From a virus (taxonomy: Duplodnaviria > Caudoviricetes), in IMG/VR virus record IMGVR_UViG_3300029305_003084: a stretch of DNA of 64,000 nucleotides. One strand, given 5' to 3'. Positions 62,386 to 64,000 of the stretch are shown here, piece after piece. A model generated the notes under the pieces. It saw only the letters and a program-made list of their open reading frames with translations, was not told where the DNA came from and did no database searches. Numbering within the stretch: position 1 is the stretch's first letter; each line of letters opens with the position of its first letter. A program made the position numbers and the translations under genes.

Positions 62386-64000
62386 ATGGCTAAAAAAATA
62401 CAATGTCCTTTTTGTGAGGATTGCTATATCTCTATTAGTAGTCTACAAGAACATATCGAGGAAGATCATATTGAAGATATTCCAAAAGATTTTACTATAA
62501 ATCAATATTTGTATTATATTAAAACTGGTAAAACTGGTTCTAAATGTATTATGTGTAAACGTCCGACACAATGGAATGAGTCTACTAATAAGTATAATAG
62601 ATTATGTGGTAGAAAGCAATGTACTGATAAATACAGAGAGATGTTTAAACAAAGAATGATTGGTAAGTATGGTAAAACATCTCTATTAGATGATCCTGAA
62701 CAACAAAGAAAAATGCTGGAACATAGAAAAATTAGCGGTAAATATAAATGGTCTGATAATACAGAAAAAACTTATACGGGTAGTTATGAGTTAGATTTTC
62801 TTAAAATGTTAGATTTATTCATGAATTGGGAATCATCTGATATAATGTGTCCTTCTCCCCATACATATTATTATGAATATGAAGGAGAAAAAAAGTTTTA
62901 TATTCCTGACGTATATATCCCTTCTTTAAATCTAGAAATTGAGATTAAAGAAAGTGATAATCATCATCCTCATATGCAGGTTGATAGAAAGAAAGAGACT
63001 TTAAAGGACAATGTTATGAAGTCTCAAAAAAACATTGACTATATAAAGATCGTTGATAAGAATTATGATGGATTTATTTTATATCTTGCAGGTAGAAAAG
63101 AAGAATTTATTAATGGATCTAATAGTAACCTTAAAGATATTTCTATGAAAGTAACAGAAGCACTAGATGCTATGTATCATATTCCTACTAAATTAGAAAT
63201 TAAAGGTATAATTGAATCTGCAGTAAATTCTGTTACTATTGAACAATCTTTAGAAACATTACATTCTATGATTCATGATAAATCAGATATTTTTTGTCAT
63301 GAAAATAAAGAATTAAATATAAAAGATCATGTGACTGAATGTTTAAATACATTATATAGTATGATTTATGATGAATTTATTTTTGAATTTAAGTGTATTG
63401 AGAATGAATATAATGAAACAAATGATGATATTATTAGTGAAGCAGTAGATACTGGAAAATATCCAGTATTTATTATGTTAATGCATTCTGGAACATTATT
63501 AGCTAATGCTATTAAAACTGTAACTGATTCTGAATTTTCACATTGTAGTATTTCATTTGACTCATCAATGAGTCATATGTATTCATTTGGTAGAAAGTTT
63601 GATACAAATCCTTTTATTGGTGTATTTAAAGAAGAAAATATTCATCAAGATTTTTTCACTAAACGAGATATTCCCTATAGTTTATATGTACTAATGGTTA
63701 GTAAATCTGAATTAAATAAAATGAAAAAGAGATTAGAGTTTTTTATTAATAACAAAAGTAAGTTTAAATATAATTTTGTGGGATTATTAAAGAATTATGT
63801 GGGAATTCCTGATAATAGAGAATACCGTTATTTTTGTAGTCAATTTGTTTCTGACATTATTAATAGTGGTAGACCTATTGATAATAGAGATCCTAGTTTA
63901 GTTAGACCCATTGATTTTAAATATAACAATAATCTTCATTTTATTACATCTGGTATGCTAAATAACTATGATGAAAAATTAGTAAATAAAGAAGTTAACA
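62386..64000 (+). CDS. Multidomain late protein: Zn fingers + PD-(D/E)XK nuclease-like + permuted NlpC/P60 papain-like domain (partial)
   Basis: Translated by hand: CPFC...HIEEDH, CIMC; SYELDF...FYIPDVYIPSLNLEIEIKE; FSHCSISFD...YNF..L...YFCSQFV. Runs off the window. Confidence 0.7.
   Translation, partial: MAKKIQCPFCEDCYISISSLQEHIEEDHIEDIPKDFTINQYLYYIKTGKTGSKCIMCKRPTQWNESTNKYNRLCGRKQCTDKYREMFKQRMIGKYGKTSLLDDPEQQRKMLEHRKISGKYKWSDNTEKTYTGSYELDFLKMLDLFMNWESSDIMCPSPHTYYYEYEGEKKFYIPDVYIPSLNLEIEIKESDNHHPHMQVDRKKETLKDNVMKSQKNIDYIKIVDKNYDGFILYLAGRKEEFINGSNSNLKDISMKVTEALDAMYHIPTKLEIKGIIESAVNSVTIEQSLETLHSMIHDKSDIFCHENKELNIKDHVTECLNTLYSMIYDEFIFEFKCIENEYNETNDDIISEAVDTGKYPVFIMLMHSGTLLANAIKTVTDSEFSHCSISFDSSMSHMYSFGRKFDTNPFIGVFKEENIHQDFFTKRDIPYSLYVLMVSKSELNKMKKRLEFFINNKSKFKYNFVGLLKNYVGIPDNREYRYFCSQFVSDIINSGRPIDNRDPSLVRPIDFKYNNNLHFITSGMLNNYDEKLVNKEVN

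Overview
AT-rich (roughly 25-30% GC by eye) segment of a jumbo myophage of the AR9/PBS1/phiKZ-related type. The host is probably a spore-forming Firmicute, given the SigK/SigE-like sigma factor, SH3b/M23 wall-acting domains and Firmicutes-type tRNAs. The window carries split multisubunit RNA polymerase genes: a beta subunit with two group I introns and a beta-prime N-terminal subunit with a group I intron beside its catalytic DYDGD motif. Two of these introns encode HNH homing endonucleases. It also has tail, baseplate and head genes, ThyX, TMK, RusA, Dps, seven tRNAs interrupted by two PD-(D/E)XK nucleases, and two recurring phage promoter motifs. The standout is a TIGR-Tas-like RNA-guided system. 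A nuclease-less Nop/IS110-Tnp-domain protein (5159-6592) is followed by a 17-unit, 36-nt dual-repeat array (AATGAATCA-N9-ATAGTATCA-N9, 6820-7450). A second 9-unit orphan array with the same repeats lies 55 kb away on the minus strand (61714-62050), just upstream of a deaminase. The locus has features I do not recall from described TIGR-Tas systems: a truncated N-terminal Tas paralog, a duplicated C-terminal module, and a repeat-like motif over the operon RBS. Other notable items are a structured 1.2-kb non-coding region with convergent promoters and a C7-TTA-C7 tract, and a likely programmed -1 frameshift in a baseplate/tail chaperone. All calls are from reading the sequence by eye; no searches were run.
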